Source: Anaeromyxobacter sp. (GTDB taxonomy: Bacteria > Myxococcota > Myxococcia > Myxococcales > Anaeromyxobacteraceae). From it: a DNA stretch of 64,000 nt. The DNA lies in assembly GCA_049840735.1 (NCBI GenBank), contig JASGJN010000022.1:544001-608000 (forward strand), written 5' to 3'. Below are positions 8,492 through 23,231 of this stretch, in pieces. The notes below the pieces were generated by a model, which saw only the letters and a list, made by a program, of their open reading frames with translations, was not told the origin of the DNA and made no database searches. Within the stretch, counting starts at the first letter, position 1; each line of letters opens with the position of its first letter. The position numbers and the translations under genes are program-made.

Positions 8492-11400
8492 ATGACCCGT
8501 TGCCCCATCTGTGGACGCAGAGTGAAAGGGCCTCATCCGCCTTGCGGCGGCGTGGCGCCCGAGCTTCCGGCCCCCTCGGCCGAGCGGCCGGACGTGCCCG
8601 GCTACCGCGTGCAGGCGCTGCTGGGCGAGGGTGGCTTCGCCCGCGTCTTCGAGGCGCAGCGGGTCCCCGACGGCGGCGTGGTGGCGCTCAAGGTGGCGCG
8701 GCCGGAGGCCGCCGGCGCCTCGACGGCGCTGGCCCGCGAGGCGGCGGTGCTGCGCGCGGTGGGACCGCCCACGGTGCCGGCGCTGCTCGAGATCGGGCGG
8801 CTGGCCGGCGGCGGCACGCCCTTCGTGGCCATGGAGCGGCTCACCGGGCCGTCGCTGGCGCAGGCGCTCGAGGAGGCCGGCGGGGCGCTCGAGCCCGCGG
8901 CGGTGGCCGGCGCGGCGCTGGCGCTGCTGGACGCCCTGGAGCGGCTGCACGCCAGCGGCTTCGCCCACGGGGACCTGAAGCCGGAGAACGTGGTGCTGGC
9001 CGGTGAGCCCCCGGTGGCGCGGCTCCTGGACCTGGCGCTGGCGGCGCCGGTCGAGTCGAAGAAGGGGCCGGTGGTGCCGGCGGCGGAGGCGCCCACCGGG
9101 ACGCCGGAGTACATGGCGCCGGAGCAGTGGCGCGGCGAGCGGCCCGGGCCGCGCACCGATCTCTACGCGTTCGGCGCCATGCTGCTGGAGCTCATCACCG
9201 GCCGGCCGCCGTACCTGGGCGCGCCCGCCGAGGTCCGCTACCTGCACGAGAACCTGCGGCCGCCGCTGGGCGGCCTGCCGCGCGGCCTCTCCAAGGTGCT
9301 GGAGGGCTGCCTGGCCAAGTCGGCGGCGGACCGCCCCGCCTCGGCGCGGGCGGTGCGCGAGGCGCTGGAGCCCATCCTGACCCGCGGCCAGGCCGGGGCC
9401 CGGTCCGCTCCCGCGCGCGCCGCCGAGCCGAGCGCCGGCGCGCGGCGGACGGTGGGCGTGGTCTTCCTGGCCACCAGCGCCGACGCCGCCACGCTGCGCG
9501 CCGCCGCGGCCTGGCTGGGCGGCGTGCACGCGCACGCCAGCGTCACCGAGCACGCGCTGGTGTTCGACGCGGTCGGCGTGCTCAACCCGGTGGAGCGCGC
9601 GCTGGCGGCGGCGCGGGCGGCGGTGGCGCGCGGCCTGACCCGCCGCGCGCTGGTGGACCTGGTGCCGGTGCTGGTGCGCGCCCGCCCCGGCGGCGGCGAG
9701 CGCTACCTCTCCTCCGCCTTCTCCCAGCCGGACAGCTGGCTGGGGCCGGACGACCCGCCGGGCGTGCTGCTCACGCGCCGCGCCGGCGATCACCTGCCCG
9801 GCCTGCCGCTGTCCCCCTCGCCGAAGCGGCTCGACCTGCTGGTCTGCCGCGAGCTGCCCAAGGTGGAGCCGACCGTGGTGCGGCAGGGGGCGCCCCCGCT
9901 GCTCGGGCGCGACGACCTGCTGGTGCAGCTGCTGGAGACGGCCCGCTCGGCGGCGCGCGACCGGGCCCCGACGGTGGCGGCGGTGCTGGGCGACGCCGGG
10001 ATGGGCAAGAGCCACCTGGCCGCGGTGCTGGCCGAGCAGCTGCGGGCCGAGCGCGGCTCGGCCTCGGCCCCGGCGCCGGAGGTGGTGGAGCTGCGCGCCC
10101 GCGCCGCCGAGGGCGCGGACGTGCTGGGGCTCCTGCTGCGCTGGCTGCTGGGCGTGGCGCCGGAGGCCACCGCCCCGGCCGACGCCGGGCGGGCGCTGCT
10201 CGCCGCGGCGCTGGCGCCGGACAAGCTCTCCGAGGCCTGGCCCGCCGCGGCCCTGGCCATGGGCTGGCTGGAGCCGGGCGCGCCGGCGCTGGCCGCCTCC
10301 GGCGCCGCCCCCGGCGCCCTGGCCAGCCTGGCGGCGCGCGCCGCGGCGGCGCTGCTGCGCCGGCGCAGCTCCGCCCGCCCGCTCTGCCTGCTGCTCGACG
10401 ACGCCGACCAGGCCAGCGGCGCGGCCCTGGACGCGCTGGAGCAGGCGGCGCTGGCCGAGGAGCACGCCGCGGTGCTGGTGCTGGCGCTGGCCACGCCCGG
10501 CTTCCTGGAGCGGCGCCCGGGCTGGGGCGAGCGCGCCCAGCGCCGGCTGGTGGAGCGTGTGGAGCCGCTCTCGCAGCCGGCCGCGGAGGCCCTCTGCCAG
10601 CAGCTGCTGGCGCCGGCCGAGGGGATCCCGGCCGCGGCGCTGGCCCACCTGGCCGAGCGCGCCGCGGGCGTGCCGCTGCTGATGGTGGAGCTGGTGCGCG
10701 GGCTGCGGGCGGCCGGGCTGGTGCGGCCGCGCCCCGGCGGCCGGACCGCCTACCTGGCCACCGACGAGCTGGACAAGGTGCTCGACCTGCCGGCGGTGGA
10801 GTGGCTGGCCGCGGCCGCGCTGCGCGCCATGCCGCCGGACCTGGCCGCCCACGCGCAGCTGGCGGCGCTGCTGGGCGACGGCGTGGTCGCCGCCGAGGCG
10901 GCCGGCGTGCTCTCCGGGCTGGTCGAGGCCGGCCTGGGCCCGGCCTTCCCGCTCGACGCCGAGGCCGCCACCCGCCGGCTGGTGGAGTTCGGGCTCCTGT
11001 CCCGCCACCGCGACGGGCGGACCAGCTTCCGCCTCCCGGTGGTCCGCGACGCGGTGGCCCGCTCCACGCCGGAGGTGCTGCGCCGGGCCATCCACGAGGC
11101 CGCCTTCCGCTTCCACGCGCGCCCCGGCCCGCTGCCGGAGGTGCTGCGGCTGGGGCGCCTGGCCACCCACGCCGCCGAGACCGGCCGGCGGGCCGAGGCC
11201 GGCGAGGCCTGCCTGGAGCTGGCCGCCGACCGCGCCGCCCGCCACGCCTACGTCGAGGCCGAGGGGTTCTACTCCCGCGCGCTGGGGCTGCTCGACGAGG
11301 GGGCCGCGCGCGGGCGGCTGGAGGGGCTGCGCGGGCGCGGGCTGATGCGCAGCCGCGTGGCGCGCCACCGCGACGCGGTCACCGACCTGGACGCGGCGGC

Positions 11401-12415
11401 GCTGCTGGCCCGCGCGCTCTCCGACGGCGACGCCGAGCGCCACGCCCTGCTGGACGAGGCCACCGCGCTGGACTGGATGAACGACTTCGCCTCGGCGCGC
11501 GACCGGGTCCGCCAGGCGGCCGAGGTGGCCGGGCCGGTGCCCCCGGCGCTGCAGGCGCGGCTGCTGCTGGGCCAGGGGCGGATCCTCTTCCGCGCCTGCC
11601 GCTGGCAGGAGGCGGTGGGGCCGCTGGAGGCCGCCGCCGCCCAGGCAGGCGCGCTGGGCGACGAGGGCTACGAGACGCGGGTGGCGGCGCTGCTCCTGCT
11701 CGGGACGGCGCTGCCGTACCTGGGGCGCATCGAGGCCGCCGAGGCGGCGCTGGGGCAGGCCCGCGACGACGCGGCCGGCCGCGGCGACCTGGTCCACGTG
11801 GCGGTGGCCCTCTCCAACGCCCGCAACCCGGCCCTGGCCCGCGGCGACGCCGAGGGGGCCGCCGCCGGGCTGCGCGAGTCGATCCGCATCGCCCGCACGC
11901 TGGGCCACCTCGACTCCGAGTACTACGCCCGCTACAACCTGGCCGAGCTCCACTACCACCTGGAGGCGCCGGCCGAGGCCGCGCCGCACCTGGAGCGGGC
12001 AGAGGCCATCGAGGCGGCGCACCCGGAGGCCGCGCCCGGGCCGCTGGCCCGGCTGTTGCGGGCGCGGCTCTTGCTGCACGCCGGGGACCTGCCCGGCGCG
12101 GCCCGGGCGCTGGAGCGCTACCGCGAGGCGCGGGCCGCCTGGGCCACCGACACCGCGCCCTCCGAGGCGGTGCTGGCCGACATGGTGGCGCTGGCCACCG
12201 GGGGCGGGAGCGACGCGGACTGGGAGGCGCTGCTGAGCCGGTCCGGGCGCGACTCCGTCGAGCAGGAGCCGCTGGAGGTGCTGGAGGTCCGGGCGCAGGC
12301 CGCGCGGCGCGAGGGGCGGCCGGAGGTGGCGCGCCAGGCGCTGGAGGCGGCGCTGGCGCTGGGGGCGAGGCTGCCCGGGCCGCTCACGGCGCGGATCCGG
12401 CGGGTGCTGTCGTAG
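8492..12415 (+). CDS. Ser/Thr protein kinase fused to AAA (STAND-like) ATPase and TPR region
   Basis: [29 protein letters not shown]; Walker A GDAGMGKS, Walker B LLLDDAD; N-terminal CPICG. Confidence 0.9.
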   Translation: MTRCPICGRRVKGPHPPCGGVAPELPAPSAERPDVPGYRVQALLGEGGFARVFEAQRVPDGGVVALKVARPEAAGASTALAREAAVLRAVGPPTVPALLEIGRLAGGGTPFVAMERLTGPSLAQALEEAGGALEPAAVAGAALALLDALERLHASGFAHGDLKPENVVLAGEPPVARLLDLALAAPVESKKGPVVPAAEAPTGTPEYMAPEQWRGERPGPRTDLYAFGAMLLELITGRPPYLGAPAEVRYLHENLRPPLGGLPRGLSKVLEGCLAKSAADRPASARAVREALEPILTRGQAGARSAPARAAEPSAGARRTVGVVFLATSADAATLRAAAAWLGGVHAHASVTEHALVFDAVGVLNPVERALAAARAAVARGLTRRALVDLVPVLVRARPGGGERYLSSAFSQPDSWLGPDDPPGVLLTRRAGDHLPGLPLSPSPKRLDLLVCRELPKVEPTVVRQGAPPLLGRDDLLVQLLETARSAARDRAPTVAAVLGDAGMGKSHLAAVLAEQLRAERGSASAPAPEVVELRARAAEGADVLGLLLRWLLGVAPEATAPADAGRALLAAALAPDKLSEAWPAAALAMGWLEPGAPALAASGAAPGALASLAARAAAALLRRRSSARPLCLLLDDADQASGAALDALEQAALAEEHAAVLVLALATPGFLERRPGWGERAQRRLVERVEPLSQPAAEALCQQLLAPAEGIPAAALAHLAERAAGVPLLMVELVRGLRAAGLVRPRPGGRTAYLATDELDKVLDLPAVEWLAAAALRAMPPDLAAHAQLAALLGDGVVAAEAAGVLSGLVEAGLGPAFPLDAEAATRRLVEFGLLSRHRDGRTSFRLPVVRDAVARSTPEVLRRAIHEAAFRFHARPGPLPEVLRLGRLATHAAETGRRAEAGEACLELAADRAARHAYVEAEGFYSRALGLLDEGAARGRLEGLRGRGLMRSRVARHRDAVTDLDAAALLARALSDGDAERHALLDEATALDWMNDFASARDRVRQAAEVAGPVPPALQARLLLGQGRILFRACRWQEAVGPLEAAAAQAGALGDEGYETRVAALLLLGTALPYLGRIEAAEAALGQARDDAAGRGDLVHVAVALSNARNPALARGDAEGAAAGLRESIRIARTLGHLDSEYYARYNLAELHYHLEAPAEAAPHLERAEAIEAAHPEAAPGPLARLLRARLLLHAGDLPGAARALERYREARAAWATDTAPSEAVLADMVALATGGGSDADWEALLSRSGRDSVEQEPLEVLEVRAQAARREGRPEVARQALEAALALGARLPGPLTARIRRVLS

Positions 12416-12466
12416 GGGGTCAAACCCTTGCACATTACACTTTCCGGCGCGGGGCGCCCCCCTGCC

Positions 12467-14158
12467 TCACCCGCCCAGCCGCGCCGCCAGCGCGGCGGCC
12501 GCCACCGCGGCCAGCGACTCGCCGGCGATGGCGCCGGCCGCGATCACCGGCGCGAGCCGCTCCAGCTGCGCCGGCCGGAGGCGGCGCCAGAGCTCGCTCC
12601 CCAGCGCCCCGGCGGCCAGCGTCAGCGCGTAGTGGGCGGGGATGATGAGCCCCATGCCCACGGCCCCGGGCGTCGGCACCGGCCACCGCCGGCCCACGCT
12701 GGTGCGGCCGAGCAGGTCGAGGAGCACGCCCAGCGCGAAGGCCACGGCGAACGCCGCCCCGGCGCCGCGCGGCAGCGAGGCGGCGCCGCCGGCCACCAGC
12801 GCCAGCGCCTTCCAGGGCAGCGCCGCGGGGGCGGGCAGGGCCGGGGTGCCGACGGGGTGGGCGGCGGTCACCAGCAGGTAGGCGGGGGCGACCAGCAGCG
12901 CGCCGGCGGCGGTGCCCACCAGCAGCCCCACCGCCTGCCGCCGCGCCGAGGCCGAGAGCACCTGCCCGGCGCGCAGCGCCCAGAGCGACACCGAGGCCTG
13001 CGAGGCCGCGCCGGAGACCACGCCGCCGACGCCCAGGCTGGCCGGCCCGGCCGCGCCCGCGGCCAGGTCGCCCGCCACCTGCGCCAGCTGGCCGATCTCG
13101 CCGGCCGGGGAGATGTCGGTCTGGCCGGTGGCGCGGGCCGACACGCCGCCCAGCACGGGCACCAGCACCAGCGCCAGCGCCAGCGCGCCGGGGCCGAGAT
13201 CGAAGGCCAGGGCGCCGGCGACCCCGACGCACAGCAGCGCGGCGGCGCCGCCCAGCAGCGCGGCCGGGCTGGCGCCGCGCAGGCTGGCCAGGTCGCGCAG
13301 CGCGCCGGGGACCGCGCGCAGGCGGGAGAGCAGCGACACGGTGGCGCCGCCCAGCATCAACCCCACGCCCGGCCAGGCCAGCCAGGCCACCAGCGCGCCG
13401 TACGACGCCTCCGGCACGGCGCCGCTCCGCACCAGCCAGGGCGCCAGCCCGGCCCAGCCGATGGCCGCGCCGCCCAGCACCGCCAGCCCGATGCGCGGCC
13501 CCACGAGCATCCCGGCGCCGGCCATCATGGGGCTCCAGGCGAAGCCCAGGCCGAAGGCGGCCGCCGGCGCGCCGGCCACCGCCAGCGGGGGCGCGCTGAA
13601 GGACGGGATCACACCGGCCACGTCCCGCGCCACGGTCAGCGCGGCGGCGCCGGCGCCCACCCCGGCCAGCACCCGCGCGTCGGCGGCGGCCTCGCCGGCG
13701 GTGGCCTCGATGACCCGCGCGGTGGCCACGCCGGTGGGGAAGGGGAGCCGCTCCTCCTCCAGCAGCCGGCGGCGCAGCCCCAGCCCGAGCGCCACGCCCA
13801 CCCCGCCCAGCCCCAGCGCCCAGGCGGCCAGCAACCACGCGGGGACGCCGCGGCCCAGCATCTCCAGCGCGGGCACCGCCCCCAGCAGCCCGGCGGCCGC
13901 CGGCATGCCGCCCACCGCGGTGGCGGTGGTCTGGGCCAGGTTCACCTCCAGGTGCGAGATCGGCGCACGTCCGCGCCGCGATAGCGCCGGCAGCAGGGCG
14001 GCCGCCAGCAGCGCCGCCACGATGGAGCCGGAGTCCCACCAGCCGGTCCGCAGCCCCATCGACAGGTTGGCCAGGGCCAGCACCGCCCCGGCCACCAGCC
14101 CCACCCCGAGGGCGCGGGGGGTCAGCTCCGGGATGGGCTGCGCGGGCGAGGTCGGCAT
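12467..14158 (-). CDS. OPT/YSL family oligopeptide transporter
   Basis: [47 protein letters not shown]; many hydrophobic segments; start could be 14167. Confidence 0.88.
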   Translation of the reverse strand: MPTSPAQPIPELTPRALGVGLVAGAVLALANLSMGLRTGWWDSGSIVAALLAAALLPALSRRGRAPISHLEVNLAQTTATAVGGMPAAAGLLGAVPALEMLGRGVPAWLLAAWALGLGGVGVALGLGLRRRLLEEERLPFPTGVATARVIEATAGEAAADARVLAGVGAGAAALTVARDVAGVIPSFSAPPLAVAGAPAAAFGLGFAWSPMMAGAGMLVGPRIGLAVLGGAAIGWAGLAPWLVRSGAVPEASYGALVAWLAWPGVGLMLGGATVSLLSRLRAVPGALRDLASLRGASPAALLGGAAALLCVGVAGALAFDLGPGALALALVLVPVLGGVSARATGQTDISPAGEIGQLAQVAGDLAAGAAGPASLGVGGVVSGAASQASVSLWALRAGQVLSASARRQAVGLLVGTAAGALLVAPAYLLVTAAHPVGTPALPAPAALPWKALALVAGGAASLPRGAGAAFAVAFALGVLLDLLGRTSVGRRWPVPTPGAVGMGLIIPAHYALTLAAGALGSELWRRLRPAQLERLAPVIAAGAIAGESLAAVAAAALAARLGG

Positions 14159-14185
14159 CGCGGGCATGATACCGTTCCTTCCGCC

Positions 14186-15517
14186 ATGGTCGACGACCAG
14201 ACCCTCCCGCTGGAGACCTCGCCGGGCGGCCCGCCGCACGCGCCGCTGCCGGCCGGCGCGCGGGTGGGCGACTACGCGGTGCTGGGCGTGCTCGGCAACG
14301 GCACGCACGGCGCGGTCTACCTGGCCGAGCACGTGCGGCTGGGCCGGCGGGTGGCGCTGAAGGTGCTGCACCGGGAGGCGGCCGCCTCGCCCGAGCTGAC
14401 GGCGCGCTTCGTGCGCGAGGCGCGCGCCGTGAACCAGATCCGCCACCCCGGCATCGTGGACGTGTACGACCTGGGCGAGCTCCCCGGCGGCCAGCCCTAC
14501 TGCGTCATGGAGCTGCTGCGCGGCCGCACCCTGCTGGCGGTCATCGCCGAGCGGGCCCCGCTCTCGACGGCCGAGGCGGTGGGCTACCTCGAGCCGCTCT
14601 GCGAGGCGCTGCAGGCGGCCCACGCCGCCGGCGTGGTGCACCGGGACGTGAAGGGGAGCAACGTGATGGTCCTCGACGAGGGCCATCCACCCAAGGTGAA
14701 GCTGCTCGACTTCGGCGTGGCCAAGGTGCGGGATCCGGGCGGGCAGGGGCTGACCGCGGTGGGCGAGCGGCTGGGCACGCCCGCCACCATGTCGCCGGAG
14801 CAGATCCTGGGGCAGCCGGTGGACGCCCGCGCCGACGTCTACGCGCTGGGCGTGCTCTTCTTCCAGCTGCTCACCGGCCGCCGGCCCTTCGAGGCGGAGA
14901 CGCCGGAGGAGCTGGAGCGCCAGCACCTGGAGGTGGCGCCGCCGCGCCCCAGCGACCTGGCGCCGGTGCCGCGGGCCTTCGACGCGGTGGTGGCGCGGGC
15001 GCTGGAGAAGACCGCCGCGCGCCGCTTTCCCTCCGCGCTGGCCCTGCTGGAGGCGGCGCGGGCCGCGCTGGAGCCCTCGCAGGCCTCCGGCACGCGGCGC
15101 ACCGCGGCGCTGGCGGTGCACGTGGTGACCCGCGTGACCGCCGGCGGCGAGGCGGTGCTGCTGGCCCAGGCCGACGCGGTGGAGTCGGCCGAGGCGGCGC
15201 TGCGGCGGGCCGGCTTCGAGCTGCTCCACGCCACCGGCTCCTCGCTGCTGGCGGTGAAGGTGCAGCCGCCTGCGGCGCTGGACGCGCGGGCCGCGGCGGT
15301 CGAGGCGCTGGCCCTGGGGCGCTGGCTGGCGGCGGCGCCGCTCGACGCCGACGTGCAGCTGGGGGTGGCGGTCCACGCCGCCGAGGCCGAGGTGCGCGAC
15401 ACCGCCGGCGGGCCGGAGGTCGCGGGCGGCCCCATCTGCCGGACCGAGGCCTGGATCCCGTCGCAGCCCATGGGCTTCATGGCCACCCCGGCGGCCCTGG
15501 CCGCGGCCGGCGAGTAG
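14186..15517 (+). CDS. Ser/Thr protein kinase with uncharacterised C-terminal domain
   Basis: [38 protein letters not shown]. Confidence 0.9.
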   Translation: MVDDQTLPLETSPGGPPHAPLPAGARVGDYAVLGVLGNGTHGAVYLAEHVRLGRRVALKVLHREAAASPELTARFVREARAVNQIRHPGIVDVYDLGELPGGQPYCVMELLRGRTLLAVIAERAPLSTAEAVGYLEPLCEALQAAHAAGVVHRDVKGSNVMVLDEGHPPKVKLLDFGVAKVRDPGGQGLTAVGERLGTPATMSPEQILGQPVDARADVYALGVLFFQLLTGRRPFEAETPEELERQHLEVAPPRPSDLAPVPRAFDAVVARALEKTAARRFPSALALLEAARAALEPSQASGTRRTAALAVHVVTRVTAGGEAVLLAQADAVESAEAALRRAGFELLHATGSSLLAVKVQPPAALDARAAAVEALALGRWLAAAPLDADVQLGVAVHAAEAEVRDTAGGPEVAGGPICRTEAWIPSQPMGFMATPAALAAAGE

Positions 15518-15700
15518 GCCGCGCGCCGGCGCCGGCGCGGGAGGCCGGTGCCCGGTTGTGCGGCAGCGCCGGCCCCGGGTCCGTGCAGCGCGCGGGCCGG
15601 GGCCCCCGGCCGCGCGTCCAACCTGCCCTCTCCACGTGCACCGCGCGGGCGCCCGCTGGGCCGGCCTCTTGCAGTCACCCGGGACAGCCCCGGGGATCGC

Positions 15701-19012
<3,312 letters not shown>

Positions 19013-20737
19013 GTGGACCCGGCCCTGCTCGAGGAGCTGCGCGCGCACGACGCCGAGGTGGCGCGCCGCGGGCTGCCCATCTGGATCGGGGCCGAGCCGA
19101 CCTTCACCGACCGTTCATCGCTCGACCCGCCCTGGCTCTTCCTGGCGGCGGGCGGCGACAAGGAGGCGCGGGCGCGGCGCCTGCTGGAGGCGCTGGCCCC
19201 GCGGCTGCCCGGCCCGGTGCGGCTGCGCCGCGTGCGCGGCCGGCGCTACCCGGGGGAGGAGGCGCCGCGCTTCTGCCTGGGCGTGCGCTTCCCGCGCCAG
19301 GGCCCGCCCTCCCATGCGCCCCCAGAGGCGGTGCAGCTGGACGAGGAGGGCACGGCCCCCGAGCCGGGGGGCGACGCCTGGCTGACGGTGACGCCCGATC
19401 CCGGCGTGGTGGAGGTGAACACCGATCCGCTGCCCGACCTCTGCGCCTTCGCGGCGCGGATCGAGGCGCTCTACGCCGCCGCGGCCGAGGCCGGCCTCTC
19501 GCCGGTGCGCTGGCGCTACAACGGCGACCGGACCGACTCCGGCGGCGGCGGCCAGCTCACGCTGGGCGGCCCGGCGCCGGAGCGGAGCCCGTTCTTCGCG
19601 CGGCCGCAGCTCCTGCCGCGGCTGGTCCGCTACCTGAACCGCCACCCGGCGCTCTCCTACGCCTTCGCGCCGGAGTGCGTGGGGAGCGCCGGCCAGGGGC
19701 CGCGCCCGGACGAGGGGGCGCGCGAGCGGTTCGAGGAGCTGCCGGTGGCGCTGGAGGCGCTGGCGTCCCACGGCGAGCGGGTCTCGCCGGAGGAGCTGTT
19801 CGCGGCGCTGGGGCCGCTGCTGGTGGACGGGGCCGGCAACCCGCACCGCGCCGAGCTCAACGTGGAGAAGCTCTGGAACCCGGCCCACGACCGCGGGCAG
19901 CTGGGGGTGGTGGAGCTGCGCGCGCTGCGCATGCCGCCCACGCCGGCGCGGCTGGCGGCGGTGGCCTGGCTCTTCCGCGCCGTGGCGGCGCGGCTGGCCA
20001 GCGCGCCCTACGAGGAGCCGCTGCTGGACTGGGGCGCCCAGCTGCACGAGCGCCACGGGCTGCCCTGGTTCCTGCGCCGCGACCTGGAGGCGGTGCTGGA
20101 GGACCTGGCCGTGCACGGGCTGGGCGCCGGGCCGGCGCTGCAGGCGGAGCTCTTGCGCCCGCCCGAGCCGGTGGCCACGGTGGCGCTCCCGGGCGGCGGC
20201 ACGCTGGAGCTCACGCCGGCGCTGGCCTTCTGGCCGCTGCTGGGCGACGTGGCCTCGCAGGAGGGGCGCGGCGCGCGGCTGGTGGACGCCTCCTCGGCCC
20301 GGGTGCAGCTGCTGCTCACGCCGCCGGAGGGCGGCGTCCCCGGCCGGCTCGCCGCCGGCGGCTGGCGCGTGCCGCTCCACCCGGTCCCCGGCGGCGGCGC
20401 GCGGCGGCTGGGGAGCGTGCTCTACCGCAGCTTCACCCCGCGCCCCGGGCTGCACCCGGGGCTGGGGCCGGACGATCCGCTGGTGCTGGACTGGGAGCGC
20501 GGCCCCGACCGGCTCCGCGTGGCGCTGCACGGCTGGGCGCCGGGCGGCGGCGCCTACGACGGCCTCCCCGGCGACGAGGCCGAGGCCGCCCGCCGCCGCG
20601 CCGCGCGGGTGGTGGTCTCGCCCGGCCTGCCGCTGGAGCCGCGCCAGGGGCGCGCCAGCGGCTGGGTGCTCGACCTGCGCCGCCCCGCCACCGCGCTCCT
20701 GCAGCCCTCCGCCTCCCCCCACCCCGCCGTCCCCTGA
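19013..20737 (+). CDS. Stand-alone DUF2126-like putative amidoligase
   Basis: [39 protein letters not shown]; abuts the previous stop codon. Confidence 0.85.
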   Translation: MDPALLEELRAHDAEVARRGLPIWIGAEPTFTDRSSLDPPWLFLAAGGDKEARARRLLEALAPRLPGPVRLRRVRGRRYPGEEAPRFCLGVRFPRQGPPSHAPPEAVQLDEEGTAPEPGGDAWLTVTPDPGVVEVNTDPLPDLCAFAARIEALYAAAAEAGLSPVRWRYNGDRTDSGGGGQLTLGGPAPERSPFFARPQLLPRLVRYLNRHPALSYAFAPECVGSAGQGPRPDEGARERFEELPVALEALASHGERVSPEELFAALGPLLVDGAGNPHRAELNVEKLWNPAHDRGQLGVVELRALRMPPTPARLAAVAWLFRAVAARLASAPYEEPLLDWGAQLHERHGLPWFLRRDLEAVLEDLAVHGLGAGPALQAELLRPPEPVATVALPGGGTLELTPALAFWPLLGDVASQEGRGARLVDASSARVQLLLTPPEGGVPGRLAAGGWRVPLHPVPGGGARRLGSVLYRSFTPRPGLHPGLGPDDPLVLDWERGPDRLRVALHGWAPGGGAYDGLPGDEAEAARRRAARVVVSPGLPLEPRQGRASGWVLDLRRPATALLQPSASPHPAVP

Positions 20738-20747
20738 GGATCGCCCG

Positions 20748-22225
20748 ATGCCCGCCGCGAGACTCGCCCCGCTCCCCGATCTCTTCACCACCTACGAGCC
20801 GCTCCCCGGCGCGTACGACGAGGCCTTCGACCTCCACGGCCGCCCGCGCCCGGGCCAGGGCGGCGCGCTGGACGCGCTGGCGTCGTTCACCCCGGAGGCC
20901 TTCGCCGAGCAGCAGCGGCTGGCCGAGCTGGCCCTGCTCAACCAGGGCGTGACCTTCTCCGTCTACTCGGACGACCGCGGCAGCGAGAAATCTTCCCGTT
21001 CTGCCTGGTGCCGCGGATCATCTCCGCCGACGACTGGGCGCGGCTGGAGCGCGGCCTGACCCAGCGCGTGCGCGCGCTGGAGCTGTTCCTGGACGACGTC
21101 TACGGCGAGCAGCGCGTCTTCGCGGAGCAGCCGCTGCTCCGGGACCTGGCGCTGGGCAGCAAGGGGTTCCTGCCCAGGCTGCGCGGGGTGAGGCCGCCCG
21201 GCGGGGTCCGCATCCACGTCTCCGGCGTGGACCTGATCCGCGATCCGGCCGGCACCTTCCTGGTGCTGGAGGACAACCTGCGCACGCCCTCTGGCGTCTC
21301 CTACGTGCTGGAGAACCGGCTCCTCTCCAAGCGGATCATCCCGGGCGTGCTGGACCGGGCCCGCGTGCACGGCGTGGACGCCTACCCGGAGCGGCTGGCC
21401 GCGGCGCTGCGCTCGGTCTCGCCCGCAGATCCAGACCGCTGCGCCGCGGTGGTGCTCACCCCTGGGCCGTACAACTCGGCCTACTTCGAGCACTCCTTCC
21501 TGGCCCGCACCATGGGGCTGGAGCTGGTGCAGGCGGCCGACCTCTACGTGGACGACGAGAAGGTCTGGGCCCGCACCACCCGCGGCCCGCGCCGCGTGCA
21601 CGTCATCTACCGGCGCACCGACGAGAGCTTCCTCGACCCGGAGGCCTTCCGGCCCGACTCGCAGCTGGGCGTGCGCGGGCTGATGCGGGCCTACGCCGCC
21701 GGGAACGTGGCGCTGGCCAACGCGCCCGGGAACGGCGTGGCGGACGACAAGGCGGTGTATCCGTTCGTGCCGGACCTGATCCGCCACTACCTCGGCGAGG
21801 AGCCGCTGCTGGGCCAGGTGCCCACCTACCTCTGCGCGCGCGACGCCGACCGCGAGTACGTGCTGGAGCACCTGGCCGAGATGGTGGTGAAGGTGGTGGA
21901 CGAGGCGGGCGGCTACGGCATGCTGATGGGGCCGCAGGCCAGCGCCGCCGAGCGCGAGGAGTTCCGGCGGCGCATCCTGGCCGAGCCGCGCCGCTACATC
22001 GCGCAGCCGCGGGTGGAGCTCTCCACCTGCCCGACCTGGACCGGCGAGCGCATGGCGCCCCGCCGCGTGGACCTGCGCCCGTACATCCTCAACGGCCGCG
22101 ACGGCCCCTGGGTGCTGCCCGGCGGGCTCACCCGCGTGGCGCTGGTGGAGGGATCCTACGTGGTCAACTCGAGCCAGGGCGGCGGCAGCAAGGACACCTG
22201 GGTGCAGAAGGAGGGCCGACCGTGA
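20748..22225 (+). CDS. Circularly permuted type 2 ATP-grasp protein (1-bp deletion near 20990, probably artefact)
   Basis: [45 protein letters not shown]; one added base restores GVTFSVY...[13 protein letters not shown]. Confidence 0.9.
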
Positions 22226-23187
22226 TCTCCCGCGTCGCCGATCACTGCTTCTGGCTGGGGCGCTACCTCGAGCGGGCCGAGGGGACCGCCCGCGTGCTCC
22301 AGGTGACCCGCAACCTGGCGCTGGACGGGGCGCTCTCGCCCCGCACCTGCTGGCACCCGGTGGTGGTGGTGGCCGGGGAGGAGGTGCCGTTCCAGGCCCG
22401 CTTCCCGGCCGGCGCCGAGGACGCCGAGCTGGTGCAGCGCTGGCTGTCCTGGGACGAGGAGAACCCCAGCTCCATCCGCCGCTCGGTGGCCGCGGCCCGC
22501 GAGAACGCCCGCTCCATCCGCGAGGTGGTGAGCCTGGAGATCTGGGAGGCGGTGAACGAGCTGCACCTCTGGCTGGCCGGCCCGGAGGCCGAGGCGCGCT
22601 GGCGGGCCGACCGGCACGGCTTCTACCGGCAGGTGCGCCACAGCATCCAGCTGGCCCAGGGGCAGGTGCAGGGGACCATGCTGCACGAGGACCCCTACGA
22701 CTTCATCGTGCTGGGCGTGATGCTCGAGCGGGCCGGTCAGATCGCCCGCATCCTCGACGTCCACCACCACGCGCTGGCCGCGGAGGCCGCGCATCGCGTG
22801 GTGGAGACGGCGGTGTTCCTGGCGCTGCTCCGGGCCTGCTCCGGCTTCGAGCCCTTCATGAAGCGGAGCCGCGGGGCGGTCACGCCGGGCGCCATCGCCT
22901 CCTTCCTGGTGCAGGACCCGCGCTTCCCGCGCTCCATCCGCTTCGCGCTCGGCACCGCGCTCAACCGGCTGGAGCGGCTGGGCGCCGCGGACCGCGGCGA
23001 GAGCCTGGAGCGGCTCCGGGCGCTGGAGGGGTGGCTCGCCTTCCAGCAGCCCGGCGCGCTGGGGCGCGAGGAGCTGCACGCGCTGCTGACGCGGGTGGTG
23101 GACGGCACGGCGCAGATCTGCGAGGCGGTGGGGCGCGAGCTGCTGGGGCAGGCGCCGGCGATGGCCCAGGCGGGCGTCGCCCAGTGA
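22222..23187 (+). CDS. Alpha-E domain protein (DUF403)
   Basis: [50 protein letters not shown] overlap. Confidence 0.92.
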   Translation: MISRVADHCFWLGRYLERAEGTARVLQVTRNLALDGALSPRTCWHPVVVVAGEEVPFQARFPAGAEDAELVQRWLSWDEENPSSIRRSVAAARENARSIREVVSLEIWEAVNELHLWLAGPEAEARWRADRHGFYRQVRHSIQLAQGQVQGTMLHEDPYDFIVLGVMLERAGQIARILDVHHHALAAEAAHRVVETAVFLALLRACSGFEPFMKRSRGAVTPGAIASFLVQDPRFPRSIRFALGTALNRLERLGAADRGESLERLRALEGWLAFQQPGALGREELHALLTRVVDGTAQICEAVGRELLGQAPAMAQAGVAQ

Positions 23188-23231
23188 CCCCGTGACGCCG
23201 GCCCGACCGGCACGTATCTTTCCAGGCGCCC

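Noticed and set aside
20748..22225. Programmed frameshift or true pseudogene (also gntR and the CoA transferase)
   Set aside because: No slippery run or other decay; all indels sit at GATC, favouring artefact, though reads are needed to confirm
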